Below the pieces are notes generated by a model. It worked only from the letters and a program-made list of their open reading frames with translations. It did not search any database and had not been told where the DNA came from. Positions 1-13,960 of a stretch of DNA of 64,000 nt are shown here, in pieces. The position numbers and the translations under genes were made by a program. The stretch lies in NCBI GenBank assembly GCA_013265495.1, contig MU058198.1, positions 5,099,779 to 5,163,778 on the forward strand, given 5' to 3'. Source of the stretch: Vicugna vicugna. Lineage: Eukaryota. Positions within the stretch are counted from its first letter, which is position 1. Every line of letters starts with the position of its first letter.

Positions 1-516
1 ATGGAGACAGCCTAAATGTCCATCAACAGATGACTGGATAAAGATGTGGTTTATTTATACAATGGAATACTATTCAGCCATGAAAATGACATGATGACAT
101 TTGCAGCAACATGGATGCTCCTAGAGAATGTCATTCTAAGTGAAGTAAGCCAGAAAGAGAAAGAAAAATACCATTTGAGATCACTCATATGTGGAATCTA
201 AAAAAAATAATAATAAATATAAAACAGAAACAGACTCATAGACATCGAATACAAACTTGTGGTTGCCAAGGGGGAGGGAGGTGGGAAGGAATAGACTGGG
301 AGTTCAAAATTTGTAGATACTGACAGGCACATGCAGAATAGATAAACAAGCTTATACTGTATAGCACAGGGAAATGTATACAAGATCTTGTGGTAGCTCA
401 CAGCGGAAAAAAACAATGTGACAGTGACTATATGTATGTTCATGTACAACTGAAAAATTGTGCCCTACACTGGAATTTGACACAACATTGTAAAATGACT
501 AACTCAATAAAAAAAA
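1..516 (+). mobile_element. L1 3' end (ORF2 C-terminus plus 3' UTR), cut by the window start
   Basis: cctaaatgtccatcaacagatgactggataaag...gcagcaacatggatg corresponds to the L1 ORF2 tail. It ends in AATAAA (506-511) and an A tail. Same subfamily as 48498-49112. Confidence 0.92.
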
Positions 517-1959
517 TTTTTTAAACACACAAAATGATTTGGATTATACCTCTCATATCCACCACTGCTTGAAACCCTGCAAGACTTTCCCATTTCTCTT
601 CTGATAAGGATAAAATCCTTCGTGAGCATGGCCTGCTCCGAGGGCCTGAGAGATTCCGCACTGCCCTGTCTGCCCAGCCACCCCGGCTGGCTCTCCCCAC
701 TCCGCCTGCCGGGCTCCCTCCGGCCACACCAGATGTGGAACACAAGCTCCTCTTCCTCAACTCAGTGCCCATCCTTCCGCTCTCAGCTCAGCTGCACCTC
801 GTCTTCACGGAAGCCTTTCCTGTCCACCTGGCTCAGTCAGTCCCTCAATTACAGGCTTTTCCAGTTCCCCAGGCTTCATCTCTGCAGCCCTTGTCACTAT
901 TACAGCTTACCATTTATTTAATTATTGGCTGTTATGTCTGTCTCTCTCATCAGACATACAGCTCGGAAAGGCAAGACCATATCCATTTTTGCTCATATTT
1001 GGCCCCATCACCTACCATCAGGGGAGAGCCCCAACCCTCCAGAGGACAGCAGCGGGTAACCCTGAGGGTTGATGTAGAGACTTCATAGATCAGAGTGCGA
1101 CTGTTCGTGACTCACAGCCCAGCAAACTGGGAGCGTCAAGATGGCACGCCAGTTCTTGCTCCTGAGTCCCTTGGGGAACGTCATAGCCCAAGTAAATACT
1201 GCCCTGCTTTTCTGCCCCCGAGGAACTCAGGGCCATGGGCCCAGCACCAAAAGAAGCAAGGATTACCGAGGCTGCCCCCTCCCCTGGGATGGAGCGGTAC
1301 TTGGTACCCACCATGGCTGCCTTGACCCCCTAAGTGGTGACCAGCTGTGGAAACAGCTCAGTGTCCGAGCAACACCAGCTCAGTCTTGTTTCTTTTGGCG
1401 CACTTAGCAAGTACGTGCAGGGTCACCTGGGGCCACGGCGGGCGGCCTCTCCCAGGACCTAGTGCAGTGCTCAGCACCAGCTCAGTGTTGACGAGCGATG
1501 TCCCGACCAGGTGAGCAGACCTTCCTTGGGGTGGCGGTGCACAGCACCTGTCACTGGGTAGGTGCTTAGCACGTGACGCCTGTCACTCAGAGCAGTTTTG
1601 TTTAGGGGATGAGTGTTTGGCTTCAAGCCAGAGGGCTGGAGTTCCACTTCCAGATCTGCCCTTTGCTAGCTGTGTGACCTTGAGCGAATTACCTACCCTC
1701 TCTGTATCACACCCTCTGCATCAGTTGTGACAATCACTGACCGCATTGGGGTGTACTGTGGTATAACCAATATAATGTGCTATCATGTAAGTGGTGGTAG
1801 TGATGGTAATGGTAGCAGCAGGAACAGTAACATCTATCCCAGCAGGTTAGGGTGAGGATAACATGAGTCAAGCCATGGGAAGTACTTCGTGCGGTTCCTG
1901 GCACATAGCAAATGCTAAATAAAAGTTAGCTAATAAGCTGAAAGTTAGTGGCGGCTATT

Positions 1960-2350
1960 GGCTGTGCTGGCAGTTGGTTGGCTGTGGTGGTGCTGGGTTG
2001 TGGTGGTGGCTGGTTGAATACAGAGGCATTTGGTTGGTGGGTCTGTTGTGTTGGAAGTTGGTTGTGACGTCTGATTAGCTGTGATGGTCTTTGATTAACT
2101 ACGGTTGTGGTCGGTGGATTGTCTACAATCTCGTCGAGTTGGTTGTGGCAGATGAGAGGGTTGGTTGAGAAAGTGAGCAGCTCTGGTGATGGCTGGTTTT
2201 GTGTGGAGATGTTTGGTTGGTCGTCATGACTGATTGGCTGTAATGGTGCGTGGTTGGTGGTGGTGGTGGTGGTGGCGACCTGTTGATGGCTAGTACTGGT
2301 TGTCAGGTTGTCATAGTTGTGTTGATCGGTTGGCGGTGGTAGTGGCTGGC
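1960..2350. repeat. Degenerate (TGG/TGGT)n low-complexity tract
   Basis: About 400 bp dominated by tggt, ggtt and gctg units, including a near-perfect (TGG)n run at about 2255-2274. Confidence 0.75.
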
Positions 2351-2865
2351 TGCTTGTGGAGTGAGTGGGAGGCGGATGAGCTCACGTGACTCGAATTTCA
2401 GGTACAGGTCCCCCAAACACGTCCATGTCAGTTACACTCAAGGACTGAACAGGGGAGGAGCTTGCAGTGTGTGGCTGTCATCGCACCAGCACCTGTGATT
2501 AGGAGCTTTGGATCAGATGATAAATCACGGCTTGCTTTATCAGGTATGCCACGTCTCCTCCAATCAGAAATCACACAGGCCTCTCATTTTCTGTTTCAGC
2601 TGCTCTGGACAAAGACTGCCTTTCTATTTGGGGTCTCCACAAGGATCCCCAATATTAAGTTTTCCTTGGGCCACGTAGGTTATATTTGGACCATCCAAAA
2701 CATACCCTGCAAAGCCCGCCCACTCCACCTGACCATTTTCTTGTGCCGCATCACAGCAAACCAACAGCAGAAGCCTAATTGTCTCTGAATGAAAGTCTGC
2801 CCGGAGGACCCGTCTCCTCTTGTTTGTTGCCTGCCTGGAGAGTTGCTCCAGGGTTCCTGCAGGGG

Positions 2866-2914
2866 CTGTGTGTGTGCGTGTGTGTGTGTGTGTCTGTCTG
2901 TCTGTCTGTCTGTC
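2866..2914. repeat. Compound (TG)n-(TCTG)n microsatellite
   Basis: tgtgtgtgtgcgtgtg...tctgtctgtctg read directly. Confidence 0.9.
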
Positions 2915-2954
2915 CATCCACACATGCATGTACAAGCCTAGCAGCAGTTTTTCT

Positions 2955-3744
2955 TTTTTTTTTAAATTTTTTATTGAAGCGTACCTGATTTACAGTGTTA
3001 GTTGCAGGTGTACAGCAAAGTGATTTCAGTTATACACATACATACATATATATTTTTTCTCTTCAGATTCTTTTCCATTATATGTTATAACAAGAAACTG
3101 AATATATAGTTCCCTGTGTTCTACAATAGGTCCTTGTTGTTTGTCTATTTCATATATTGTAATGTGTATCTGTTAATCCCCAACGCCTAATTTATCCCTC
3201 CCTTCCCTTTCCTCTTTGATAACCAGTTTGTTTTCTATGTCCATGAGTCTATTTTTGGTTTGTAAATGAAATTTGTATCTTTTTTTTTTTTGGATTCCAC
3301 AAAAAAGTTATATCATGAATTGGTCTTTCTGTCTTTCTCTGTCTGACTTACTTCACTTAATATGATCATCTCCAGGTCTATCCATATTGCTTCAAATGGC
3401 ATTATTTCATTATTTTTTAATTATTTCATTTTATGGCTGAGTAATATTCCATATATCTGTCTATCACACACACACACACACACATACACCCCACATCTTC
3501 TTTATCCAGTCATCTGTTGATGGACATTTAGGCTGTTTCCATGTCTTAGCTATTGTAAATAGTGCTGCTATGAACATTGTGGGGGTGTGTGTCTTTTTGA
3601 ATTATAGTTTTCCGTGGATATATTCCTAAGAGTGGGATTGCTGGATCATACAGTGAGTCCATTTTTAATTTTTTAAGGAACTTCCATCCTGCCCTCCATA
3701 GTGGCTGCACCAATTCACATTCCTGTCAGCAGGGTAGGAGGGTT
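2955..3744 (-). mobile_element. 5'-truncated L1 with 14-bp TSD
   Basis: Poly-T followed by L1 3' UTR and ORF2-end sequence. TSD GCAGCAGTTTTTCT (2941-2954) and GCAGGAGTTTTTCT (3745-3758). Internal (CA)n at about 3465-3484. Confidence 0.92.
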
Positions 3745-6700
3745 GCAGGAGTTTTTCTGAGCAGGTGTAGCGTGGTGGGCCATCCCCATGGTTCCTCCTG
3801 GAAGGCCTTTAACCAGACCCCTTAACACCTCCCAGAGAAGGTGCCTTTGAGGAAGCAACCTGAGGATCCGTAGAAATCAGAACGGGCCCATCTGCATCTC
3901 CAGATGGTGAAGGGGGACTTCTTCAAGCTGCAAGGTGGAAGGGCGGCTCCCAGCCTATGACAGCTGAGAGCAGAGCAGCGGACGACCTGGCAGCCCCGGT
4001 AGAGGGTGTCCCCAGCCTGACTTCTGCTGTCTGTTGTCAAGTCTCGGGGAGGAGGAGGGCTTGATGCAGGAGCCAGAAAGGTTAGGGTGGGTTTGTGAAA
4101 AGGGACAGGATGCCAATTGTCACCGTGGAGAGTGTCTGAAGAGCAGATAGGAAGACAAGGACACTTGAAGGAAAGAGGCAAGGATTCTCACACAGGCTGA
4201 GTGCTTCCTTCATGCCAGAAACTGGTCCGCTGGCCTTGACACATGTGGTCGTATTAATCCCAGAAGCAGCGTGTTTCAGGAGCAAGCAGACCCTGGATCT
4301 GCCCTGTGCAAGCGGTGTCGCTTGAGGCTGGTTGTTTTTGTCTCTCGTAGCTTTAATTTCCACATGCACAACATTAGTATGATGACACCAGGCGATGGTA
4401 CAGTACGTGCGGGCTTTTGAGCCAGTGAGTTGTTAGTTTGGGTCCTGGAGCCCCAGATGTTGGACTGTGCAACATTGAGCAAGTCGCTTAACCTCTCTGT
4501 GCTTCAGTTTCTCCTGAAGACAAACAGCACTACCTACCCGACAGGACCCTGAGAAAATGCATAGAAAACTGTTGGCCAGGTACCAGGCTCATTGTAAACA
4601 ATCCATCTTCACTCTCATCATTATTCTTAGTAATTCTAATTTCATAATCCTGTTAATAAGCCTCACATGAAGCTATTTATATGAAGGTACAGGCTCATTG
4701 TAGTCACTTAATGTCAGTCCCCTCTTTTCCTTTCCCCTAAGTTTCACAAGTCTCCTCTAGATAGTGTTACCAAAAAGGAAACTGGGACTCAGATTAGTTG
4801 AGAAACTTTCCCGAGATCACACAGCTGGAACGTGGGAAGAGCAGGACTGGCGTGGAATCCACATGCAGCGCCAGGGTTCTACTCAAACGGAAGAGTTCCG
4901 TGAGCCACATGAAACCTCCCAGCCATCGGATGTTTATGGTCCTTTCATCCATCCTGGAGAAGTCATTCATCATGGAGCATGTCCAGATTGGCCAGGATTC
5001 CCCGAGGTATACAGGCTACCAGACATTGGGGATGATTGCATATAAAGCACTTGGGTCCTACCTAGACAGTGGTCCCTTTCTTTCACTCTGCAGAGGAACC
5101 TGGAAAGGATGCACTTGATTCCTCCAGGAATACAATTGTCCTCAAGAGCCAATGAATGAGACCCAAAGAGCAGAACCCATAAAAACTACTAGATTCGTAA
5201 AGAGGACCTGAGGCTCCTGCACTGCCACATGGCAACCCCTCCCCACGGAGACCCCCAGGGAGACCCCAGATTTGTACCACCATCTAGAGGGCACGCAGTC
5301 ATCAGTAGTCAGAAGGGATTTTAATGGGCGGTGCTGAGCCTCCAAGCAACAACAAAGAAAACTGGGAACGCTGAGTTATAGGAAGGGGTGGCATGACTCC
5401 AGAAAAGAGCTGGCACTTCCCCTGTGAGCCTGGGTCCCCTCACCCTGGCCCTGAGCACGCGTCAAGGGACTTGTGAGGAGCTTGCGTTGGGCAGATGAGG
5501 TCACAGAATGGCATTTCAGTTTATTGGGCTCGCTTCTGAAGTGAGCCGGTGAGGCTCACTCAACACGTGGCGTCAACATTACCTCTGGGAATTCCTTACA
5601 TCACCCATGGAGCCCAGTCCGTGAGATTTTATTATACAGCCCTGTAAAGTTTTTCTTAGGCACACGAATGTTTGAGAACCATTTAGCTAGACTAAGAAAG
5701 AAGCAAAAACAATGTCTATATGCCGATGTCTGGGCATTTAAGTCATTCTGCCTTCTACATAATTAACCAGCCCCCAGTAAAGAAGAGAAATGGATGGAGA
5801 ATTACGAAGTGGGGGTTTTTTTCCACTTGCAATGTTAACCTTGATCTATGGCAATATTAAGGCTCTATAGCTTTAATACATGTTACAGGTGTGTTGGTGG
5901 GTGGATTAATCAACAGATATATTGAAAACATCTCGCTTAGGACCCGGCACATAAGAGATAGTCAGTGAATGCTTACTGGATATAAATCATAGCTGACAGG
6001 ATCCACCTATGTGCTGTTTTTTTTTAAGTAGCAGAGGAGAACCTGGCCACCTGCTCCCTGCCTTTCCGAGGTGGTATTTGTTACTGAGGTCCATCTTTCG
6101 TGTCTGTGGGCATTGGTTTCTCAACACCTTAGATATACCATGATGACCAGCCTTTGTTCCACCGCTGCTGCTGGGGATGCTTGTGCAAAGGGAAGGAGGG
6201 TGCCACTAAGCCACAGATATAGATACAAAGGATGTGTGGATGATGATGGATGGATACCCAGGTGGACATATGGAAAGACGGGTTGGTGAGCAGAGCTCTG
6301 CTACAGAATGGTTCAGTAACTCAGCCCAAGGGTAGCGTCTGGAATGTGGCAGAGCTAGAATTTGAACCCAGGCGGTCAAACCTGAAGGCCAAATCTGGGA
6401 TGAACGGGGATGAGCCAACATTGCTCCCACAGTCAACGGGGAAATCAGAGGAAGGAAATTCAACCTGAGCTCCATGTCTGTCCTCTTCTTGAGAGGTTTA
6501 TTCACATGCGTTTATTCATCCATTCAACAGATGGCCACTGAGAGCCAGCTATAAGCCAGAGACCAAAGAACAGAGGATTCAGCAGAGCAGACAAAAATCA
6601 CTGCCCTCCTGGAACTTACATTCCCGGGGGGAGGCAGACAGTAAATAAATAAACAACAATGAGAATCAGCGGTGTTAAGATTTAGGAAGAAAAATGGAGG

Positions 6701-7814
6701 GGTGATCCTATCTCTTTCCATAGAGAAGAGAAGGGGTTCCCTGAGAAGAAGAAAGGACAGCAACTAGGGAGGGGACAAGTGGCCATCTTGTGGAAGGACG
6801 TTCCCATCTGTTACATCATCTTCTCCGAACAGTGCTGCCCGTGGGACATGATCCTTCCCAGCGTTAGGTGTGAAAAGTTGTGATGACCTAGTGTTGGATA
6901 CTTGCTGCCAGGTCACAGAGGGGCAGCATATTTGAAACAAGTCTGGGTACCCTCAGCTACCAATGCTCTGGTTGGAGGGGAGCCTCTCAAATCCTCCAGA
7001 TCCATGCCCGCGAGCCCTTGCCTTCTCCGTTCCTTCTCCACTCCCCAAGTTGTCGAAGATGACTTGCCCTAGATTTGGGGGCCAGCAGGGCTCATGATGG
7101 TGTGCCTGAGTCACTCATTTGCACCCTCCTTACACCTGTTCCCCATCCATGGTGCAACGACACAATAATGAGAAAACTTTTCCACTCTGATTTATGAAAA
7201 TTAGTCCCCTTGCATTATTTTCAAGCCTCATAAATCTCCGCACCCCACCTGCCCCCAGCACACTGGAATCATCGGTATAGGCTGAAAAAAAAATGTATTC
7301 CACCTGCCACCTGGCAACATGGAGAGCTGTGTTCTTCCCATAACTCCTGCATTAGTGCTTTCATTATCATCACAGTATCTCGTGCGAGCCTCTTGATCGT
7401 CTTAATTGTCTTATGCGGTAGTTAAGGAAGCTGTCATTTCCCCCATTTTGCAGATGGGGCAGTGGGAGCGCCCTTGCTCAGGCAGGAGGGGAGGGCTGGG
7501 CCTCGCAGTCTCCCAGCTCTGCAAATGGCATCACCATCTGCCCCAGTTACCAAACCTGAAACCTGGGAGCGGTCCTGGCTGTCACCGTGCCCCTCACTGC
7601 CTGTATCCAGCCTGTCAGCAGACCTGTTTACTCCAACATGTGTCTCCAACCTCATCACTCCTCCCCATCTCCTCCTCCACGTCCCTCCATCCCAGCATCT
7701 TTCTCCTTCAATAGTCCCCTCATTTCCATTCTCAAATTCCCCCACATCTCTCATCCATTCCCCCCAACTAAAGCTTGAGTGGGCTTTTCAAAATTGACTC
7801 ACTTCACGTCATCC

Positions 7815-8465
7815 TGAAACAGGAAAAAAATGTGGGGCGAGAGGATGGCTGTGTCCCAGGTCTCTGTTGAGTCCCTGGGATGCACCCCACCAAGTGAGGG
7901 TCCTTGGCTTCGCCCAGGAAAGAATTCAAGAGCGAGCCACAATCGAGTAAAAGTAGACTCATTCAGAGAGATGCGCACTCCATGGACAGAGTGCAGGCCA
8001 TTTCATAAGGCCAGAGAGGCCATGAGGCATGGGGGTGGGTGTTTAGTTTAAAGCAGACACACACCCCATAGACAAAGTGCGGGCCGTCTCACTCAGAAGG
8101 AAGAGTGGCCATGAGGTGCGGGGACTGTTAGTTTTTATGGGCTCAGTGGCTTCATATGCTAACAAGTGGGAGGGTTGTTCCAGCTACGTTGGGGAAGGGG
8201 CTGGGATTCCCAGGAATTGGGCCACTGCCCACTTTTTGACCTTTTATGGTCAACCTTGAAACTGTCATGGTGCCTGTGGGTGTGCCATTTACCATGTTCA
8301 TATATTACAATGAGCGTATAATGAAGCTCGAGGTCCACTGGAAGTCAAATCTCCCACCGTCTTGGTCCTCAGGGTTGGCTGGGAGTTGAATCTCCTGCCA
8401 TCTTGGTGCTAATGGCTGTGTCATTCCTTGAAAGGTTGTGCCCTGCCCTCTTCCTTCCTGTCTCA
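7815..8465 (-). mobile_element. Solo ERV1-class LTR, family A copy 1, inserted in an L2 remnant
   Basis: TG...CA termini, 4-bp flanks ATCC/GTCC, and strong similarity to 14920-15460 and to the reverse complement of 44503-45122. Orientation is taken from the position of AATAAA in the sister copies. Confidence 0.85.
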
Positions 8466-11400
8466 GTCCTTTCACCTAAAGGGCTTTCTAATGGAATCCG
8501 AACTGCTGGGCCCTACCTGGACTGTGCCCTCCTCTCCAGACTCATATCATAACCCTCTCCCTTGCAGGTTATGCTGGGGCCAGATGGCTACTTTTTATTT
8601 CCTTGATTCGGGGACCAAACGCATGCCAGACCATATACCTGGAACACGGTTGCCTCTGGCATTTTGGGAGGTTAGCCTTCTCTTCCCTCACATCTCAGCC
8701 TAAATGTCTGTCACCTCTGCAGGCAGGTTTCCTGACCATCTCCTTCGTTAAAATGTATAACTTCTCAGTCCTCTACTCTGTGAGGTGTTTGCGTGTGTTC
8801 ATGGTCTGTCACACCATGCTCCCTGTCACCCCAGGTTCCATGGGGGCAGAAAAATGTGTGTTTCATCTCAGTGCCCAGGACCTGGGCAGTGCTCAGTAAA
8901 CACTTGCAGCATAAATGAATGAGTTTAAACATAAGGGTGAAATGAAAAACATTACATTGGTTACCTATATTAATAATCAGTATGTTCCTCTCTCATCTTT
9001 TCCATAGGATTCCTGGTTAATTTTCCTGATGCTTTTTGCATTTATATGCACAGTATTGAAGATCCTTAATCAGTGGTTCTTGAACAGACACATGGATGGA
9101 TGGATGGATGCTTGGATGCATGGAAGGATGGATGTATGCCTTTTACTTTGTGATCTCAGATTTTTTTTCTTTTTTCTTTCATCACCGAATAACCACGCTC
9201 TCTTCTTTTTGTGAGTGCTGCCCCACCCCTTTGTCCTTTCTGCGACATTCTGTCTCCTTTTAAAATCTACCTCAGGGTTGGATTCTCTTATCAGACCAGA
9301 GATCCTTCAGGAAGGTCCTAGCACAATAAAGTGGCTTGTTTTCCAAAAGTACTACCCATCCTTGGGTGTCAGTTCCCTTCTTCCAAGAAGATGAGAAAAG
9401 ACAGTTGTGTGATACAAAAGCGTATCCCATCTGCAAGGACTCTTAATTTACAGACAATGGTTCAACAGAGGTGGGTAGGTCAATGTGACAATTCTGAAAC
9501 TGGCCCCTGGCGCTTGAAACCCTAAAGTCCTGCAGAAACCCAGTAAGACCCCTTGGCTCAGTGGCTGCAAGGATTTTTCTTAACAAGAAGGTCTCCAAGG
9601 TATTTGGCATCATCAGTATCCTCATCCAGGATCCCTGAGTTTTTGCTGTTACCTTCCTGCTGGGACGTTTGTCATTAATCCTCCAAGTTCTGAATTCTCC
9701 ATGTTGCTTCGGGGAAAAGCCTCTGGGTTTCTTGTCAGTCGCTCCGCCATTCCTCTCGCTTGCCTTCTCCCCTGCTGTTACCGTTTTCCTCCGATCCATT
9801 TGCTCACCCGGTAACAAATCAAGCCAAGAAAAATACCATTCCTTGCAACAGCTGTCCCTTGGGCGGCGTGAGGCTCATTATACCATTCAAGATCTGGTGC
9901 AGATCTGAGGCAGAACAAATACATTCCACCTCCATCCAGCAATCGCCGTGCGTTACGCCTACCTGCCACCCCTGTTGTATAATGTTCGGTGATTTACTCT
10001 CTCTGGGTTTTTGCTCATTTGCTCGTGTTTTTTTGTACAAGGTGTCAGATTCTGCCTGTTTCGGTTTGAGCAGGCTAATACAGTAGTTTATTTTTCGCTC
10101 CCAGAAATAGCCAAGGGGTTGCAGATTATTGGGCAAGAGGAGAAAAGGTTTCCTCCGCTCAGTGATTCAGGATAGAGGCTGATAGAGGCTCTGACATTGT
10201 AAACATGTCGCTTCTGAGACGACTCTGGATGTGAACATCCATCCACCAGGCAGAGAAGGAAAGAACATGGAGTGGGAAGTTTTTATGGGGCAGCCCTGCC
10301 AAGCAAGGCAATCACTTAATGACCGTATCCTTTAAAATCCAGTACCCTCGACGATTTCACATCCATTTGTGTATCCTATTCTTTTTTATCCCTGGAAACC
10401 CAATTTTAAAGAAACCCAATTTTTTAATCAGCGTCACTAAAAACTACTTAAAGTGTTCCACAGTAGATAAAAGACCGTGCCCACAGCAATACAGAGAAAG
10501 CCCGCCTTTCGCAAAGTATGCAAATTTGATAAATACACATATATACACATACACACCAACACACACCACAAACACAGAGCTAAATTGGGACACTTTTAAA
10601 CACATTGTTTAGATCTTAACATGTCATATGTGTGGTTTAAAAAAAAAACAACAAAAAACATTGGACCAGCTTTAGAACTCCTCAAAGAAAGTGTGAGTTT
10701 TAGGACCTGACCGCTTGTTGGGTTGCTCATTAGGAGATGCTGGTTTTGATAAACTGGCTTCGGTTAAGGCACCTGCAGATCTCAGCGTTAGCTTGTTTGA
10801 AAGTGTCCTTTCCTCTAGTGCTACTAACCAGTCATCCTGTCTGAGGATATCAGGGACCAGACTGTCCTCCTGGAAGCTGGAGAATGCATCCCAGTCTCTA
10901 CTGTGCCTCTAGGTTTGATGCTGTTTGTGATCGACGTGGTTGAGAAAGGGCAATAGGCCAGTAAGGTGAAGTCACCTTAGACTCACCCTTCTGACTCTAG
11001 GAAGTAACCAAAACATGACCGTTCTGTGCTGGTAGCACTTGTTAAAGGACCGGCAGATCCCTTTGTTGGGGGGGGGGGTCTCTCCATCAGGGCTCACAGA
11101 GCGCCCCCCAACTCAGCTCTCAGACATTTTCTCTATGTTTACCCACTCTCTTTATGAGCTTAGCCACTTTCAAGGCTTCAAATACGTCCGTATACTGACT
11201 TTCAATTTACAGCGCTCGGTCCAGACCTATTAACTCCCAACTTGGGGATGCAGCTGCCTCCTTGTCATTCCACTCGGGTATCTAAGAAGCGCCTTGAAAC
11301 TCACGTGCCCATTTCCTTGGCAAAATGGGTAAAATCATAGACCTTACTTTCCAGAATTGGAAATTAAGGAATTTGTTGTGGAAATCACCAAACAGATGTG

Positions 11401-13574
11401 CATCATCAAGCAAATGTAATAGACACTGAATCATAATTAACCCTCTTCCTCTTGCTTGTTTGAATATAAAATGGTAGCACTGTTGCGGTGAAGGGGCTGC
11501 CTTGTTGGAATCCTGACAATTGGGTGACCTTGGGCAAGTCATTGAACTGCTCCGTGCCTCAGTTTCCCTGTCTGTAAAATAGGGACAAAAGTAACTCTCA
11601 CCCTAGAGGTTTGCTGTCAGGGTTAAAGGGGCTTCATCTTGTAAAGCACTTGGAACCTATAGTAACATCTCAACAAATGTTAATAGCGAACATTTGTTGG
11701 CATGTGTAAGTTTTAGGTAGGATCAGGAGGGATTTCCCAGATAGGCTGTGAACTCCTTGATGACAGGGACTGGTCATGTCAATCTTCATCTTCTCGGACT
11801 TAGCAGAGTGTCTGGTATACAGTGATTAATCAGAAATGGCTCAGTAAATGGATAAATAAATCACCAAGCGATGCGCATTGGTGCCCCATGAGCCCCAGTC
11901 TTGGAGCACTAAAAGGAATCCTAGCCTCCCTTCCCCTCCCCTGCCCACCCTATACCTCCAGCCCATCCAGGAGACACAGAATAACTTACACTACAAAGAC
12001 ATAAACATGCAGGGGACTAAATTAAATGCGGGATGAAACCAGGAAGATGACATCACAAATAACCCCTCGAAGAAAAAGAAACTCACTACTCGTGCCGTGC
12101 ACTCTCTGGCAAAACGAACTGTGATTTATTCCTGCAAATTACCCACTGTAAAATATTTACAACTAATTCCCTCTACCTTCCAGGGTGGCGGTGGCCAAGG
12201 GAGGCAGGCTGCTTAGGTAGTAAATGCAGAAGGCAATTTCCATGTCAGTGGCCCCGTTTCCTGCAGCAACCTCGGGCGACAGCGTCATTTATATCTTCCA
12301 CGCACACAATCTTTTCTGCATGTGCGTGAGTCTTATTACTGGCAGTTGAGGTTTGTGTGGTAGGCATTATGCATTTATGAGCCAGAGCAAACATTAACTA
12401 GCGCTAGTAATTCGTCTCGGGGTGGAGGGAGGGAGGGGCGGGAGGAACCGGGCACGGCGCTGGTTCCCTGGCAGCGCATCTCAGAGTCTGGGATGCAGAA
12501 TTGACTCACAGCTGGGGGAGGAAATGTCCTGTCCGTCGAGAGGCACCTGCTCCCCCAGGCTCACCTCCTGGCATGTCCATCTCCCCGCACTTCCAACCCA
12601 TGAGATCAATGTAGAGGTGCCCCAGGACTCAGTCCTTGGAACTTTTCTCATCTTTCTATACACTTTAGCGTATAGTATCTGTATATGTTGTCATTGCCCA
12701 AATATTTCTCCACCCAGATCTCTTCTGGACTTACTGCTTACCTGACATTTCCATCTGGATGTCTGAGATGGCAGGGGGCTTCACACACATAGATGCGATG
12801 ATGTCGATAATTTACGATTCATGTGTATTCATTATATACATCTGTCTCTATATTTTTCTCCATGGAAGCTGTACAGTGGAGGAGGCCTTCGGATTAGGCA
12901 GGAAGGGAAGGGCATTTCAGAAAATTGGAACACCCTCTGCAAAATCTAAGCTGTGACAAACTCTGTTATAGCCAGAAATGGCAAAAGGTTCCCAGAGGCG
13001 AAAACTCGGAGTGCAGGGGGCATGTGGCGGGACAGTGGTCAGAACACAGCACCCCTCATGGAGGAGCTGAAATGCAGGGGTCACCAGGGCCTGGCTAATA
13101 TTTATTTTTGCCAGCAGACCCTCCTTTGAGTCCTGTCCCCCCTCCGCCCGTTTCTGCTCAGTGGCAGCCAATCACATTCATTTCCACACAGAATTATTTT
13201 CCCGTCAACATGTCTCAATGCTAGTAGTTCATAGGACACTCCACCTGTTTCTGGTGCTGCCAGGGGCAGAAGACATAGTACAGCATCTGGGAAAAGCAGG
13301 GGATTCATCTGGTCCAGCTAAGCAGACTTTTCCCGGGAGTCTATTTTGGTGTTTTTCCCAAGTTGCTCAGAGCCTGATAAAGAAGACAGGGAAATACATA
13401 CGTGCGGTAGGGTGTGATGGGTCAATGGTAGAAGTAGACCAGGCAGCAGAGTCCGGAGCAGGGAGGTGACTGGTCACCCTGGGGAAAACGGGACATATGA
13501 GCTGAGTCCTGAAGGATGGTTATCAGTCACCAGGTTGATGGAAGCAGAGAGGGTCAGTACCGTTGAGAGCTGGT

Positions 13575-13960
13575 GAGGGGCCATGGGCACTCACACATTG
13601 TGAGTAAGAGCATAACTGGGCATGACCACCAAGGAGGGTACCTATGAAGACCTTTAGACACAAATTCCCCTGACTCAACAATCCAACTTCTCTAGGACTG
13701 TGTTAGGAAAATACTCCGACAAGTGGGTGCAAAGCCAGGCACGTGCACGGGTGCTCACTCCAGCCCTTCTGGTCGTCGTGGAAAATTGATGAAAATCCAA
13801 GGATTTTCATCTTTAGGGAAATGGCTAAACGGTGGTTTGCAGATACCATAGACTGCAACATCCATTTAAAGATGAGACGGGAACTGATATGGGAAGATCT
13901 TAAGTTCTGAGTAGAAAACCCAGATTTTAGACTGCTGCCTAGTGTACCATATTATTTGTG
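13575..13960 (+). mobile_element. Ancient L1M (L1ME-like) ORF2-end fragment
   Basis: Degenerate matches to L1 motifs such as caacaatccaacttctctagga and tagggaaatggctaaac. Confidence 0.55.

Noticed and set aside
4114..4140. REST/RE1-like sites (here and near 58083) and a CTCF-like site near 5281
   Set aside because: Each has mismatches in core positions and one lies in a MER5A fossil, so none is supportable without matrix scoring or ChIP data.
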